Under the pieces are notes generated by a model. It had not been told where the DNA came from and did not search any database. It was given only the letters and a program-made list of their open reading frames with translations. This document shows positions 18,732-28,233 of a stretch of 64,000 bases of DNA, piece by piece. The stretch lies in contig JAZRQY010000012.1 in assembly GCA_045650185.1 (NCBI GenBank), forward strand, positions 1,026 to 65,025, given 5' to 3'. Origin of the DNA: Candidatus Scatosoma sp. GTDB taxonomy: Bacteria; Bacillota; Clostridia; Christensenellales; Borkfalkiaceae. The stretch's first letter is position 1, and each line of letters begins with the position of its first letter. A program made the translations under genes and the position numbers.

Positions 18732-19664
18732 TTATTTCGATAAGAGCTGTAAAAGCTCTGCTCTTGTCTTCGTCGACAACCAACCGCAGGACACCGACCC
18801 CGGACCGACGTGCGCGCCGATGACCGTACCCATCTGCTCGATCTCAGGTTTGATACCGACCTGCTTTTCTATGAGTAGAGCAAGCTCGTTTGCGCCCGTA
18901 GGATTGTTCGTATGTATGACGATGATCCTCTCTTCTTGCGAAAGAGGAGCGAGCTTCATATGCTCCAGAACGCGAGCAAAGGATTTTTTCATTCCCTTAT
19001 TCTTTTCCACAACCGTCAGCTTGCCCTCAGGGTCGAACGCAAGCATCGGCTTTACGCCCAGCACCGAGCCAATCACCGCCTCAACCGTAGAAACTCTGCC
19101 GCCCTTTTTTAAATAGAAAAGGTCGCTGGGGATAATACAATGCTGTATGCGATGTTTCGCTTCTTCAATATAGGCAATCGTAGAGGCAAAGTCCATGCCA
19201 CGATCTCGGCAGTCCGCGGCAAGCTTTACCAAAAAGCCCTGCCCACCGGTCGCCGTCAAGCAATCGACGGGATAGATATTGAGGTTGGGGTATTCTGCGC
19301 GCACCTCTTGCGCCGCTTTACGCGCAAGCTCCACCGTATTCGCAAGCCCTGAGGAAATCGTAAAGTGCAGGGCATCCCGCACGCCTGCCTCACCCATCGC
19401 GCGGAAATGCGCCAAATGCGATTCGTAATTCAGCTTTGCCGTGCGTGGCATCCAGCCCTCAGAAAGTTTACGATAGAACGCCGTCAATTCCTCATCGCTG
19501 TCGTAAGAATCCAAATACTCGGTCAATACCTCCCCTTTTTCCAGCGTAAACGTCAAAGGCGCAAGGAAAATCCCCCTCTCCTTCGCATAGCTTACGCGCA
19601 GATCGCTGGTAGAATCGGTAGACACCGAAAAATAAGTTGTTTTGGCTTGTAACATATCTTTCAT
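18732..19664 (-). CDS. DegV-family fatty-acid-binding protein
   Basis: Start at MKDMLQAK (Met51 of the track ORF). VSTDSTSDL N-terminal motif and DegV-like length. Confidence 0.8.
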   Translation of the reverse strand: MKDMLQAKTTYFSVSTDSTSDLRVSYAKERGIFLAPLTFTLEKGEVLTEYLDSYDSDEELTAFYRKLSEGWMPRTAKLNYESHLAHFRAMGEAGVRDALHFTISSGLANTVELARKAAQEVRAEYPNLNIYPVDCLTATGGQGFLVKLAADCRDRGMDFASTIAYIEEAKHRIQHCIIPSDLFYLKKGGRVSTVEAVIGSVLGVKPMLAFDPEGKLTVVEKNKGMKKSFARVLEHMKLAPLSQEERIIVIHTNNPTGANELALLIEKQVGIKPEIEQMGTVIGAHVGPGSVSCGWLSTKTRAELLQLLSK

Positions 19665-19845
19665 AACGATATTATAGCACGTTTTCCCCTTCTCCGTCAA
19701 GTGAATATCCCAATTAGCGGATATCTTGCCCTGCAAACAACTTTTTTGCAAATTTTCACCTTTCAAAGGCTTGAAAAAAAAGAAAAAATCGGTTATAATG
19801 TTATCGTAGCGCAAAAAATACGCGCGCTACGATAGGAGAGATTGA

Positions 19846-21846
19846 ATGAACGTTAAACAAACCACTATCAACGCGATCCGCGTACTGTCGGCTGAGGCTA
19901 TCGAAAAAGCAAAATCCGGACACCCCGGTCTGCCCCTTGGTTGCGCCCCTATCGCTTACACACTTTTTCAGAACTTTTTGAAGTTTAATCCGCAGGACGC
20001 AAGTTGGGCGGACAGAGATCGTTTCGTTCTTTCTGCCGGCCACGGCTCCGCTATGTATTATTCCCTGTTGCACCTGTACGGTTTTGGGCTTAACAAAGAG
20101 GACTTGATGTCCTTCCGTCAGTTCGGCTCTAAGACCCCCGGTCACCCTGAGTTCGGGCACACCTACGGTATTGAAACGACGACCGGCCCCTTGGGACAAG
20201 GGATTGCCAACGGTGTCGGTATGGCGATTGCTGAGGCAAACCTCGCCGCGCGCTTTAACCGCCCCGATTTCCCCATCGTTGACCACTACACCTACGTGCT
20301 CTGTGGCGACGGCTGTTTGGAAGAGGGTATTTCCTACGAGGCTTGCTCCTTTGCAGGCACGCATAAGCTTGGAAAGCTGATTCTTATCTACGACGACAAC
20401 GATATCACCATCGAAGGGGATACCGATATCACCTTTAAAGAACACGTTGGCGCGCGATTTGCGGCGCAGAACTGGCAGGTACTGCGCGTAGACCTTGCCA
20501 CGAAGCCGGACGACGTCGATGCGCTGGCGGCGGCAATCGAAACGGCAAAAGCCAGAACGGATAAGCCCTCGATTATCATCTGCAAAACGCACATCGGTCA
20601 ATACTCTCCTCTGCAGGATAGCGAAAAATCGCACGGCGCCCCTCTTGGCAAGGAGAACTTGGAAAAGACGAAGGCAAGACTGGGTTGGGAATATCCCCCC
20701 TTCGAATGCCCTCAAGAGGTTTACGACCACTGCGCCGAGGCGGCAAACGCAGGCAAAGCCAAACAAGAGGCTTGGGAGGCAACCTTTGCCCGCTACGAGG
20801 CAACCTATCCCGAGCTTGCGGCAGAATACAAGAGAATGTTAAGCGGCGAAATGCCTGACTTCGATAGTATAGAAGGCTTGTACGATTTTGAAAAGCCGAT
20901 GGCAACCCGTCAGACCTCCGCAAAGGTTTTGAACGCGATTGCTAAGGAAATCCCGATGCTCATCGGTGGCTCGGCAGACCTTACCCCTTCCAACCTTTCG
21001 GATATGAAGGATACTGATACGATTTCCTTCGGCGCTTTCACCCCCGACAACTTTGCAGGGAGAAACGTGCGCTTTGGGATTCGTGAACACGCAATGGCGG
21101 CGATGGCAAATGGTATGCAGCTGCACGGCGGTATGCAAGCCTATTGCGCAACCTTCTTCGTGTTTGCAGACTATTGCAAGCCCTCCATGCGCCTTGCGGC
21201 GTTGATGGGCTTACCCGTCACCTATATTATGACGCACGACAGTATCGGCGTCGGCGAAGACGGCCCTACTCATCAACCGATTGAACAGCTGATTATGCTC
21301 CGTTCCATCCCCGGTATGAAGGTCTATCGTCCTGCAGACGGCAAAGAAACGGCGGCGGCTTGGGTGTCGGCAATGACGGGCAAACAACCCACCGTGCTTG
21401 CGCTCACCCGTCAGGCGTTGCCTCAATACGAAACAAGCGGCAAAGCGGCGCTCAAGGGCGGCTACGTCTTAGAGGACTGCGAAGGTACGCCCGACGTATT
21501 GCTGATTGCAAGCGGCTCGGAAGTCGATCTTTGCGTGAAGGCAAAAGCTATGCTTTTGGAAGAGGGCGTCAAGGCAAGAGTTGTTTCCATGCCCTGCATC
21601 GAGGAATTTGAAAAGCAAAGCGAAGAATACAAACAGAGTGTTCTGCCCAAGGAAATCAAGGCGCGCGTTTGCGTAGAGGCAGGCAGCCCGTACAGCTGGT
21701 ATCGCTATGCAGGCGACAACGGCGAAGTGATTGCAATGGATACCTTCGGCGCATCCGCGCCCGCCGCAACGCTGTTCTCTCACTTCGGGTTTACGGCGGA
21801 GAACGTGGCACAAAAGGCAAAAGCAAGCCTTGCAAAAGCAAACTAA
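19846..21846 (+). CDS. tkt: transketolase
   Basis: 666 aa. SGHPG, GDGCLEEG and THDSIGVGEDGPTHQP motifs. Confidence 0.95.
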   Translation: MNVKQTTINAIRVLSAEAIEKAKSGHPGLPLGCAPIAYTLFQNFLKFNPQDASWADRDRFVLSAGHGSAMYYSLLHLYGFGLNKEDLMSFRQFGSKTPGHPEFGHTYGIETTTGPLGQGIANGVGMAIAEANLAARFNRPDFPIVDHYTYVLCGDGCLEEGISYEACSFAGTHKLGKLILIYDDNDITIEGDTDITFKEHVGARFAAQNWQVLRVDLATKPDDVDALAAAIETAKARTDKPSIIICKTHIGQYSPLQDSEKSHGAPLGKENLEKTKARLGWEYPPFECPQEVYDHCAEAANAGKAKQEAWEATFARYEATYPELAAEYKRMLSGEMPDFDSIEGLYDFEKPMATRQTSAKVLNAIAKEIPMLIGGSADLTPSNLSDMKDTDTISFGAFTPDNFAGRNVRFGIREHAMAAMANGMQLHGGMQAYCATFFVFADYCKPSMRLAALMGLPVTYIMTHDSIGVGEDGPTHQPIEQLIMLRSIPGMKVYRPADGKETAAAWVSAMTGKQPTVLALTRQALPQYETSGKAALKGGYVLEDCEGTPDVLLIASGSEVDLCVKAKAMLLEEGVKARVVSMPCIEEFEKQSEEYKQSVLPKEIKARVCVEAGSPYSWYRYAGDNGEVIAMDTFGASAPAATLFSHFGFTAENVAQKAKASLAKAN

Positions 21847-21862
21847 CCTTAAAAAATAACAA

Positions 21863-21896
21863 ACGGCGAAAATCACGAAGATTTTCGTCGTTTTTT
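21863..21896 (+). terminator. intrinsic terminator of tkt
   Basis: cggcgaaaatc-acgaa-gattttcgtcg followed by TTTTTT. Confidence 0.75.
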
Positions 21897-22048
21897 CACG
21901 CAATTTTCGTATAATTATCACAATCGTAGGCTATATTGATACCGTCAACCAACATAGCACAACCACCTTGTATGGGGCGGCTATCGTCCCCATAAGGACC
22001 TCCACAAAAAAAGGAAACCTAAGCCTTCGCAGGCTTAGGTTTCTTTTC

Positions 22049-23041
22049 TTACTTTTTCAACAGTTGGTATAAGACGGACAAGACTCTAAAGGACACCGCA
22101 TCGGAGAAATGTCGAATGTTCAGCCCCGTTGCTTTTTCGATTTTATCCAAGCGATAGGAAAGGGTGTTTCGGTGCATATATAAATTTCGAGAGGTTTCGC
22201 TGACGTTCAAGCTGGAGAGCAAAAACTCCTCTGCCGTCGCACAAAGCTCCTCATCCTCAAACACCTCGCGCGCCGCCTCGTCCATCAGCTCCGCGCAATA
22301 TTCCTCTTGCTTGTGGGCGGACAGTTCCTCAATCATCTTGACGAGCACGAATTCCCGATAGGAATATACTTTGCCACGCACGGAGAAGCTTTCCGCATAG
22401 CGAAGGGCATTCGCCGCCTGCGCGTAAGAGAGAGCAATATCCTTGACTTCCTTGATGGTAGAGCCTACCCCCACCTTTACGTCAACCCCAAGCTCTTCCT
22501 TTAAAAACTGCCCGATAAATTCCCCGAATTCGAAGGAGGAATGGTATTCCTCGCTCTCCTCCGTAGGGGTGTAGCGCACCATCGCTATCGTACTTTCGTC
22601 CATTTTTACGACGGCGTCCGAAGACATCTCTGAATATTGCGCAAGCACCTCCATCGCCTCGTCAATACGCCGAGGTATGCGAATGGCAAGCGCAAAACAA
22701 GAACCGTTTTTAATCGAGTACTTGGACAGAAAGCGGTATACGGAACGCATCGTCCCTTCGCCAAGAAGTACCGCGCGCCAGCGGTCGTGTTTGGAAAGGT
22801 CTGCCTGACGGTCAAGCTCGCCCTCGAAATAGCTGATAAGCAGTATCGCAATACTGCGGTTTTCATCCGTTGCTCCTTCCAGAGCGCCGACGTATTCTCC
22901 CCCGTTATAGGCGAAGCGGAAGAACACCTTGTCGTCCTCCACCCACCATTTTTCCTCACGCATATCCGACGCCGTTGCCTTTCGACAAGCCGCGTCTACG
23001 TAAAAACGGGATTTAATTTCTGCCGTAATCTTTTCCGTCAT
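22049..23041 (-). CDS. PucR/CdaR-family transcriptional regulator
   Basis: C-terminal PucR-type HTH (TSRNLYMHRNTLSYRLDKIEKATGLNIRHF). Confidence 0.75.
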   Translation of the reverse strand: MTEKITAEIKSRFYVDAACRKATASDMREEKWWVEDDKVFFRFAYNGGEYVGALEGATDENRSIAILLISYFEGELDRQADLSKHDRWRAVLLGEGTMRSVYRFLSKYSIKNGSCFALAIRIPRRIDEAMEVLAQYSEMSSDAVVKMDESTIAMVRYTPTEESEEYHSSFEFGEFIGQFLKEELGVDVKVGVGSTIKEVKDIALSYAQAANALRYAESFSVRGKVYSYREFVLVKMIEELSAHKQEEYCAELMDEAAREVFEDEELCATAEEFLLSSLNVSETSRNLYMHRNTLSYRLDKIEKATGLNIRHFSDAVSFRVLSVLYQLLKK

Positions 23042-23176
23042 CTTCCGTCTGCCTTTTGTTAATGCTTTTCTATATTATAGCGTATTTTTATCCTTTTTTC
23101 AAGAGTTTTTGATAAAAAGTATAGATTTTGCCCCTCTTTTTTGTGCGTTTTTTATAGAAAAGTTATCTCACCGCTA

Positions 23177-23205
23177 TTGACAGAAAAGAAGAATCGTGCT
23201 ATAAT
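23177..23205 (+). promoter_or_regulatory. sigma-70-type promoter
   Basis: TTGACA, 17 nt, TATAAT, ~115 nt upstream of the 23323 start codon. Confidence 0.6.
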
Positions 23206-23322
23206 ATTATAACTAATGATTATCGTGTGTACGCGTAGCCGTGCGAACTGGGCTGTTTTAGTCTTTTAAAAAGGCCGCCGCGCATACAATACGATATAAA
23301 AATTACCCAAAGGAGTGTACTT

Positions 23323-24840
23323 ATGAGCATGAAAACTCCCGCTCAAGAAACCAATGCGACGTATGAAGAATTGGCTGAATTCAACGCAGCAAGCGACGTT
23401 TCCGTAACGCCTGCAACGCCTCGTGAAAGCAGCAACGTCTTCTATCGTATCGTAGCCATCCTGTTGGCTCTCGTACCCGTTGCCATTTTCTATTTCTTAG
23501 AGGCAAACGTCCTTATCATCCGTGAGGGCTATTTGCTGCAGCAAGACAACTACAAGCTGCTTGATTTCTTCATCAAGCTGTTTACGGAAGAAGGCTTTGC
23601 CGTAACGAAGCTGCTGAACTTCCTGCCTATCACCTGCCAAAGCCATAGTCTTTTGGGTCTTGCCTACAACGCTATGTTGTATCTGATCCCCGTATCTATG
23701 GTGGTATGTATCATCGCAGGTATCGTTGCAATCTTCGCACGTAAGGCAGCGCCCGTTATCACTCGCGCGATTTTGTTCATCGAATTCGGCGTTTATGCAG
23801 GCTATGCGCTTTCCATTTTGTTGCCCTATGCTTACTGCAACCTCAACGTTTGGGATACGCTGAACTACGCAGTCCTCGGCACGGCGGCAGGCGCTCTGCT
23901 GTTGTTCGTCGTTTTGTCTTTCGTCAAATCGGGAAAACGCACTTTGGTTGGCTTGCTGATCTTCCTCCTTACCGTCGCATCCGCAGGCGCAGTGCTGTAT
24001 GCAATCTGCGTAAAGAACGCACCGATCAGCGATTTGATTGTGGAAAACCTGCTGTATAGATGGATTATCCTTGCCATTGTTTGCGTGTACGCGCTGTTCG
24101 TAATCATCTCCCTGCTTGGGGTTGTAGCAAAGAAGGTATACGCCGTAGACATCGTCCGCTCTGCATTCATGACCTTGATGGGCGGCGGCGTTATCGCGGC
24201 TTCCTTCCTGGTAAACGGTCTGTCCGAATTCCTTCTTTACGGCATCATCGCGGCGGCAACTGCCTTCGTAATGACGGTTGTAGAAACGATTGCCGTTAGC
24301 GTTCGCGCAGACGAAGACGTAGTGGAACAGAAAGAAGAAAAACCTGAAGAACCTGCAAAGAAAGAAGAATACGAGGACGAGGAAGACGAAGAGGAAGAAG
24401 CAGAAGAACCTGCACCTAAAGCAGAAGAACCCGCACCCGTTGCTGTGGCTCCTGCCGTTGCAGAAGAAGTTGCTCCCACGCCCGTTGTGGCTGTGCCCGT
24501 CGTTACCGAACCCGTAGCCGTTCAAGAAATTGCTCCTGCTCCCGAGCAGGAAGTTGCGCCCGTAACCGCGCCCACGCCCGTAGTTGCTACCACGGCAAAC
24601 GATGCTTACGGTGGCGCATTCGACGCCTTTATCGGTATGCTTACCGCTGAGGAAAGATTGCAGTTTACGCAGATCTTCCTTCTGCGTTCGGAAAGCAAGT
24701 TGCCTGAAATCCCCGAATACAAAATCGGCGGCAACAACAAGGCATTCTTCCGCAAGATTTTCGTCAACCTCGGTAGCTTGCGCGCAAGAATCCCCGACGG
24801 CTTGATGGAAAAGATTTATCAGTTCGCAATTCGTCAATAA
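23323..24840 (+). CDS. polytopic membrane protein with acidic and Pro/Ala/Val-rich linker plus a C-terminal soluble domain
   Basis: 505-aa ORF with a good RBS (AAAGGAG). ~8 TM segments, then EEKPEEPAKKEEYEDEEDEEEEAEEPAPKAEEPAPVAVAPAVAEE... No family recognised. Confidence 0.6.
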   Translation: MSMKTPAQETNATYEELAEFNAASDVSVTPATPRESSNVFYRIVAILLALVPVAIFYFLEANVLIIREGYLLQQDNYKLLDFFIKLFTEEGFAVTKLLNFLPITCQSHSLLGLAYNAMLYLIPVSMVVCIIAGIVAIFARKAAPVITRAILFIEFGVYAGYALSILLPYAYCNLNVWDTLNYAVLGTAAGALLLFVVLSFVKSGKRTLVGLLIFLLTVASAGAVLYAICVKNAPISDLIVENLLYRWIILAIVCVYALFVIISLLGVVAKKVYAVDIVRSAFMTLMGGGVIAASFLVNGLSEFLLYGIIAAATAFVMTVVETIAVSVRADEDVVEQKEEKPEEPAKKEEYEDEEDEEEEAEEPAPKAEEPAPVAVAPAVAEEVAPTPVVAVPVVTEPVAVQEIAPAPEQEVAPVTAPTPVVATTANDAYGGAFDAFIGMLTAEERLQFTQIFLLRSESKLPEIPEYKIGGNNKAFFRKIFVNLGSLRARIPDGLMEKIYQFAIRQ

Positions 24841-24911
24841 TCTATTAAAAACGATTAGCGTGTTCTCCGATAAGGAGAGCACGCTAAAACTAATTTTGCC
24901 CTTATGAGCAA

Positions 24912-25085
24912 GTGAAGTTTACTTCGTAAGTGAAGTTATTCTGCGAATAGTGAAGTTTCGCCCAACGGCGAAGTTATGGAAAAATAAAATCCATTTCATT
25001 TTTGCACTTGCAAAAACTTCACTGCGCACAGCGCAACTTCACTGTGTTTACCTCAACTTCACTTTTGCCCTCGCAAAAACTTCAC
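24912..25085. repeat. hairpin-array repeat, complete copy (motif GTGAAGTT / AACTTCAC)
   Basis: GTGAAGTT at 24912, 24930 and 24950, plus a partial copy at 24968. AACTTCAC at 25015, 25035, 25055 and 25078. Most spacers are small hairpins with differing sequences. Confidence 0.8.
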
Positions 25086-25115
25086 CAAAAAAGGCTATGC
25101 ACATCGCATAGCCTT

Positions 25116-25472
25116 TTAATATTGTATCACCACTTTGATTTCCCCGTCGGAGGTGACGGTGCGGGAAACGCTGACGCTGTCTACTAGGTACAGCCCCCTG
25201 CCCCCCTCTGCCGTCGCAGGTGAACACTCGCTAACCGTAGGTGGTATAAAGACTTTGGTCGAGCGCACGAAAATTTCAATGCACCCTTCCTTGATATTTC
25301 CCTTTACCGATGCCGTACCCTCGGAATGACGCAGGACGTTGGCAACCAGCTCGTTGACGACCAATCGGCAATCGAATACCTTTTCTTTGGGAACGTCGTT
25401 TTCTTCTAAATACCGACAGATTGCCTGCGTAGCATTTTTCAGTTCTTCCGTCGCCTTAATTTCAAACCACAT
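25116..25472 (-). CDS. short SpoIIAB/RsbW-like anti-sigma factor (HATPase-type Ser kinase)
   Basis: N-box-like NELVANVLRH and G-box-like GGRGLYLV in a 118-aa protein directly downstream of the sigma gene. Confidence 0.65.
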   Translation of the reverse strand: MWFEIKATEELKNATQAICRYLEENDVPKEKVFDCRLVVNELVANVLRHSEGTASVKGNIKEGCIEIFVRSTKVFIPPTVSECSPATAEGGRGLYLVDSVSVSRTVTSDGEIKVVIQY

Positions 25473-25496
25473 TCCTTGCGCCCTCCTTTGTTCCTT

Positions 25497-26216
25497 TTAT
25501 TGTTGCAAGCGAGAGCGCAGTTTTGCCAAGATTTTGCGCTCCATACGGGATACCGTCATCTGAGATACGTCTAACCGTTCTGCCGTTTCCGTCTGTGAGA
25601 GTTCCTCTACGAATCGACACTCTACCAGCGACTTTTCAAGAGGGGAAAGGTCTGCCGTTGCCGCCGCAAGCGTTTCTTTCAGCTCGAAACGAGCAAAGCC
25701 TTCCTCGTCCGTCGGCAGAGTATCGCCAAGCGTTCTTCCCCCGTCGTCGCCCATCTGCGCGTCGATGGAAAGGGTGTTGCCTGCTTCCAGCGCCTGCACG
25801 ATTTCTTCCTCCTCGTACGGAAGCGCCGCCGTAATTTCTCTGACGCTGGGCGTTTTGCCGTACCGGGAAAGATAGTCCTCAGCAAAGCGGCGAATTTCCA
25901 AGTTCACCTCGCTTAAACGCCTAGGCACCTTCACCAACCTTGCGTGGTCACGGAAGTAGTTTTTCAGCTTCCCCGTGATGCTGGGCGTAGCGTACGTCGA
26001 AAATTGCAGTCCTCTCGTTTCGTCAAAGGTTTCTACCGCCTCCAACAGATACATGGACGCCTCTTGCAACAAATCCTCGTACGCGACTCCGCGCCCGACA
26101 AATCGTTTGGCTAAGATTTCGGCTATGTACAGATATTTTTCCGCGATGATATTTCTGATAGAAATATCGCCGGTTTCTCTGTATTTTTTAAACAGTTCGT
26201 TTACGCTGTCTGCCAT
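25497..26216 (-). CDS. group-3 sigma-70 family sigma factor (SigF/SigG/SigB-like)
   Basis: 239 aa covering regions 2-4 (YEDLLQEASMYLLEAVETFD; C-terminal HTH LSQTETAERLDVSQMTVSRMERK). Confidence 0.85.
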   Translation of the reverse strand: MADSVNELFKKYRETGDISIRNIIAEKYLYIAEILAKRFVGRGVAYEDLLQEASMYLLEAVETFDETRGLQFSTYATPSITGKLKNYFRDHARLVKVPRRLSEVNLEIRRFAEDYLSRYGKTPSVREITAALPYEEEEIVQALEAGNTLSIDAQMGDDGGRTLGDTLPTDEEGFARFELKETLAAATADLSPLEKSLVECRFVEELSQTETAERLDVSQMTVSRMERKILAKLRSRLQQ

Positions 26217-26231
26217 AATCCTCGTCCGTCG

Positions 26232-26588
26232 TTAGCCCTCAAAAGAAATTGCAAGTACCTTGCCTGCCTCATCCGTCGTATATTCTACCTTCCCAAGCAA
26301 AGCGGAGAGCAACGCGCGGGAAATCTCGTCCTCTGCAGAGGGAGTAGGCTGACAAGCCCCCTCACCCGTGAGGCTACATTTCAGCGTTTCGCCAACCGTA
26401 AATACTACGCTGGCGTGCGTAAAGCCGCTACGCTGTAAAATCAAGAGGCTCTCCGTCACGCATACCTTATAATCCTCTGCGCTATCCACGTCAAATTCCG
26501 CCAAAGCGCACAGTCCGCCTACCGTCAGGCGCACCGTCGTCATATATTCGCCGTTCAACGGCATTTTTAAAGAAAATTCTCTCATCAT
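26232..26588 (-). CDS. SpoIIAB-like anti-sigma paralog without an obvious N-box (possible pseudokinase)
   Basis: 118 aa, the same size and position as an anti-sigma kinase, between the STAS and sigma genes. Its start overlaps the STAS stop. Confidence 0.45.
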   Translation of the reverse strand: MMREFSLKMPLNGEYMTTVRLTVGGLCALAEFDVDSAEDYKVCVTESLLILQRSGFTHASVVFTVGETLKCSLTGEGACQPTPSAEDEISRALLSALLGKVEYTTDEAGKVLAISFEG

Positions 26589-26896
26589 TATGCAATCTCC
26601 ATACGAGAGCCAAGCGCGCAGATGGTAAACAGCTTTTTAATGCGCGCCTGCAACCCAAGCAGACGCACTTTATTGCCGTCTACCTCGGTCATTTTGGTGA
26701 TTTTGACAAACACGCCAAGTGTGGTGCTGTCGATAAAGGACAACTGCTGACAATCAAAGGCAATCGTCTTTTTTTCTGCCGCATACGCCGTTTCGACGAC
26801 GGCGAAAAACTCGTCGGCGTTGCCCACGTCAATGTCGCCGCTTAAGGTAATTTTCAATTCCTCGTTCTCTACGCCAAGTACCTGTACTTCTTTCAT
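26588..26896 (-). CDS. STAS-domain anti-sigma-factor antagonist (SpoIIAA/RsbV-like)
   Basis: 102 aa with the LSFIDSTTLGVFV phospho-serine region. Confidence 0.8.
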   Translation of the reverse strand: MKEVQVLGVENEELKITLSGDIDVGNADEFFAVVETAYAAEKKTIAFDCQQLSFIDSTTLGVFVKITKMTEVDGNKVRLLGLQARIKKLFTICALGSRMEIA

Positions 26897-26908
26897 CGTA
26901 TACCTCCC

Positions 26909-27187
26909 ATAGCCGTTTCAAACCGAATTGAACCAGCCTTAAAATGTTATTTTCCGCGCCTTAGGGCGTTTGCGACCTTGCAGTATGTCGATACGGCGGC
27001 GGTCGCCACCGCCCAAATCCATCACAAAATCCCTATTTTAAGGTGCTACGCAGTTTTTACGAGCGAAAAAGAGCTTAAATAAAAGGATTTTTATGAATGA
27101 ATAGTCCGATTGTAAGCGGAAATTCTGCTTTAGTATTAGAGCTTTTTCGCCGTCAAAACCTGGTTAAACTTGGTTTGAAACGGCTAC
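26909..27187 (-). repeat. ~280-nt structured element, copy A (conserved interior, locus-specific long closing helix)
   Basis: Outer arms gtagccgtttcaaacc.../...ggtttgaaacggctat. The interior aligns with 35145-35421. The element ends directly at the GGGAGG RBS of the STAS gene. Confidence 0.7.
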
Positions 27188-27225
27188 GCCTTATCTACCT
27201 TTTTATAAACCAAACACCCGTCTTA

Positions 27226-28233
27226 TTAAACAATCAAAGCACTAACAAGGTTGCAAAGCAACCCAACCGCCACCGCTACGGCATAGGAAACACCGATAAG
27301 CAGTAGATTTCGTTTCCATTTCCTCGTGTTTCTAAGCAACACGACAAACCCGAGCCCTGCGTTGGCGCAAAGCCCTGCCACGCAAGAGCCGAAGGCAATC
27401 GTTCCCTCCAAATACGCCGTCGTGATGAACACGGAGGAGGCGCAGTTGGGAATCAACCCAACCAAGGACACGAGGACGGGTTGTAGATACAAATGCCGAG
27501 CCATAAACGCCGCAAAGTTATCCTCCCCGATAAAGTGCATCAACGCGCCCATCAGGAAATTGAAGACGAACATCAACGCCGTAATTTTCAAGGCGTGCAA
27601 GATGGGTCCAACCAAGTAGGTCATCACGGGACGGCTATCGTCGTGCTCTCTTCCGCACGAGCAACCGTCTGCCGCGCCCATATCCTCAAAGTAGCGCAAC
27701 ATAAAGATATCCCGTACCGTCTGCGGCTCTTTCGCACCGACAACGGTATCAATGGAATGGGATTGCAGGCGTACCTGCCCCCTACCTATGCACTTTAATA
27801 TCCCGTCCACGGCATAGCCTACGACGATCCCCACCGCAATTTTAACGGCGACCATGCTAAGCACGGAAATCGCCGCATCCGCTCTGCCTGACGAGAGCAT
27901 AATGATAAACGCCTCATCGCTGGTGGATAAGAAAATCGCAAGCAGCGTACCTACCGTGATATATTTCTGCTCATATAATTTTGCCGCCAACACGGAAAAG
28001 CCGCATTGTGGTATGAGGCCTGTTGCCGAGCCGATAACAGGCCCTAATTTGCCCCCTAAACGGTTTGACCCAGCAAGGTTCGTCTTGTTTTCCAGTAGTT
28101 GTAAAACGACGTAAATTAAGAGTAGCCACGGGAGCAACGGTATGGTGTCCCAAAAGGCGTGCTGAGTATTTTCCCACACAAACTCCCAAAAGGTATGCGT
28201 TTCGTGAGTTGCGTGTAAGAGGGCCGCCGTCAT
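27226..28233 (-). CDS. putative 10-TM metal exporter/permease (ArsP_2-like)
   Basis: Internally duplicated GLIPQCGFSV / GLIPNCASSV motifs. 335-aa polytopic protein. Confidence 0.55.
   Translation of the reverse strand: MTAALLHATHETHTFWEFVWENTQHAFWDTIPLLPWLLLIYVVLQLLENKTNLAGSNRLGGKLGPVIGSATGLIPQCGFSVLAAKLYEQKYITVGTLLAIFLSTSDEAFIIMLSSGRADAAISVLSMVAVKIAVGIVVGYAVDGILKCIGRGQVRLQSHSIDTVVGAKEPQTVRDIFMLRYFEDMGAADGCSCGREHDDSRPVMTYLVGPILHALKITALMFVFNFLMGALMHFIGEDNFAAFMARHLYLQPVLVSLVGLIPNCASSVFITTAYLEGTIAFGSCVAGLCANAGLGFVVLLRNTRKWKRNLLLIGVSYAVAVAVGLLCNLVSALIV

Noticed and set aside
26980-27010. T-box-like GGGCGGUGGCGACCGCC block in the ~280-nt element.
   Set aside because: It differs from the T-box consensus (AANNNGGGUGGNACCGCG). 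There is no specifier-loop or Stem I features, and the downstream genes (metK, sigma operon) are not typical T-box targets.
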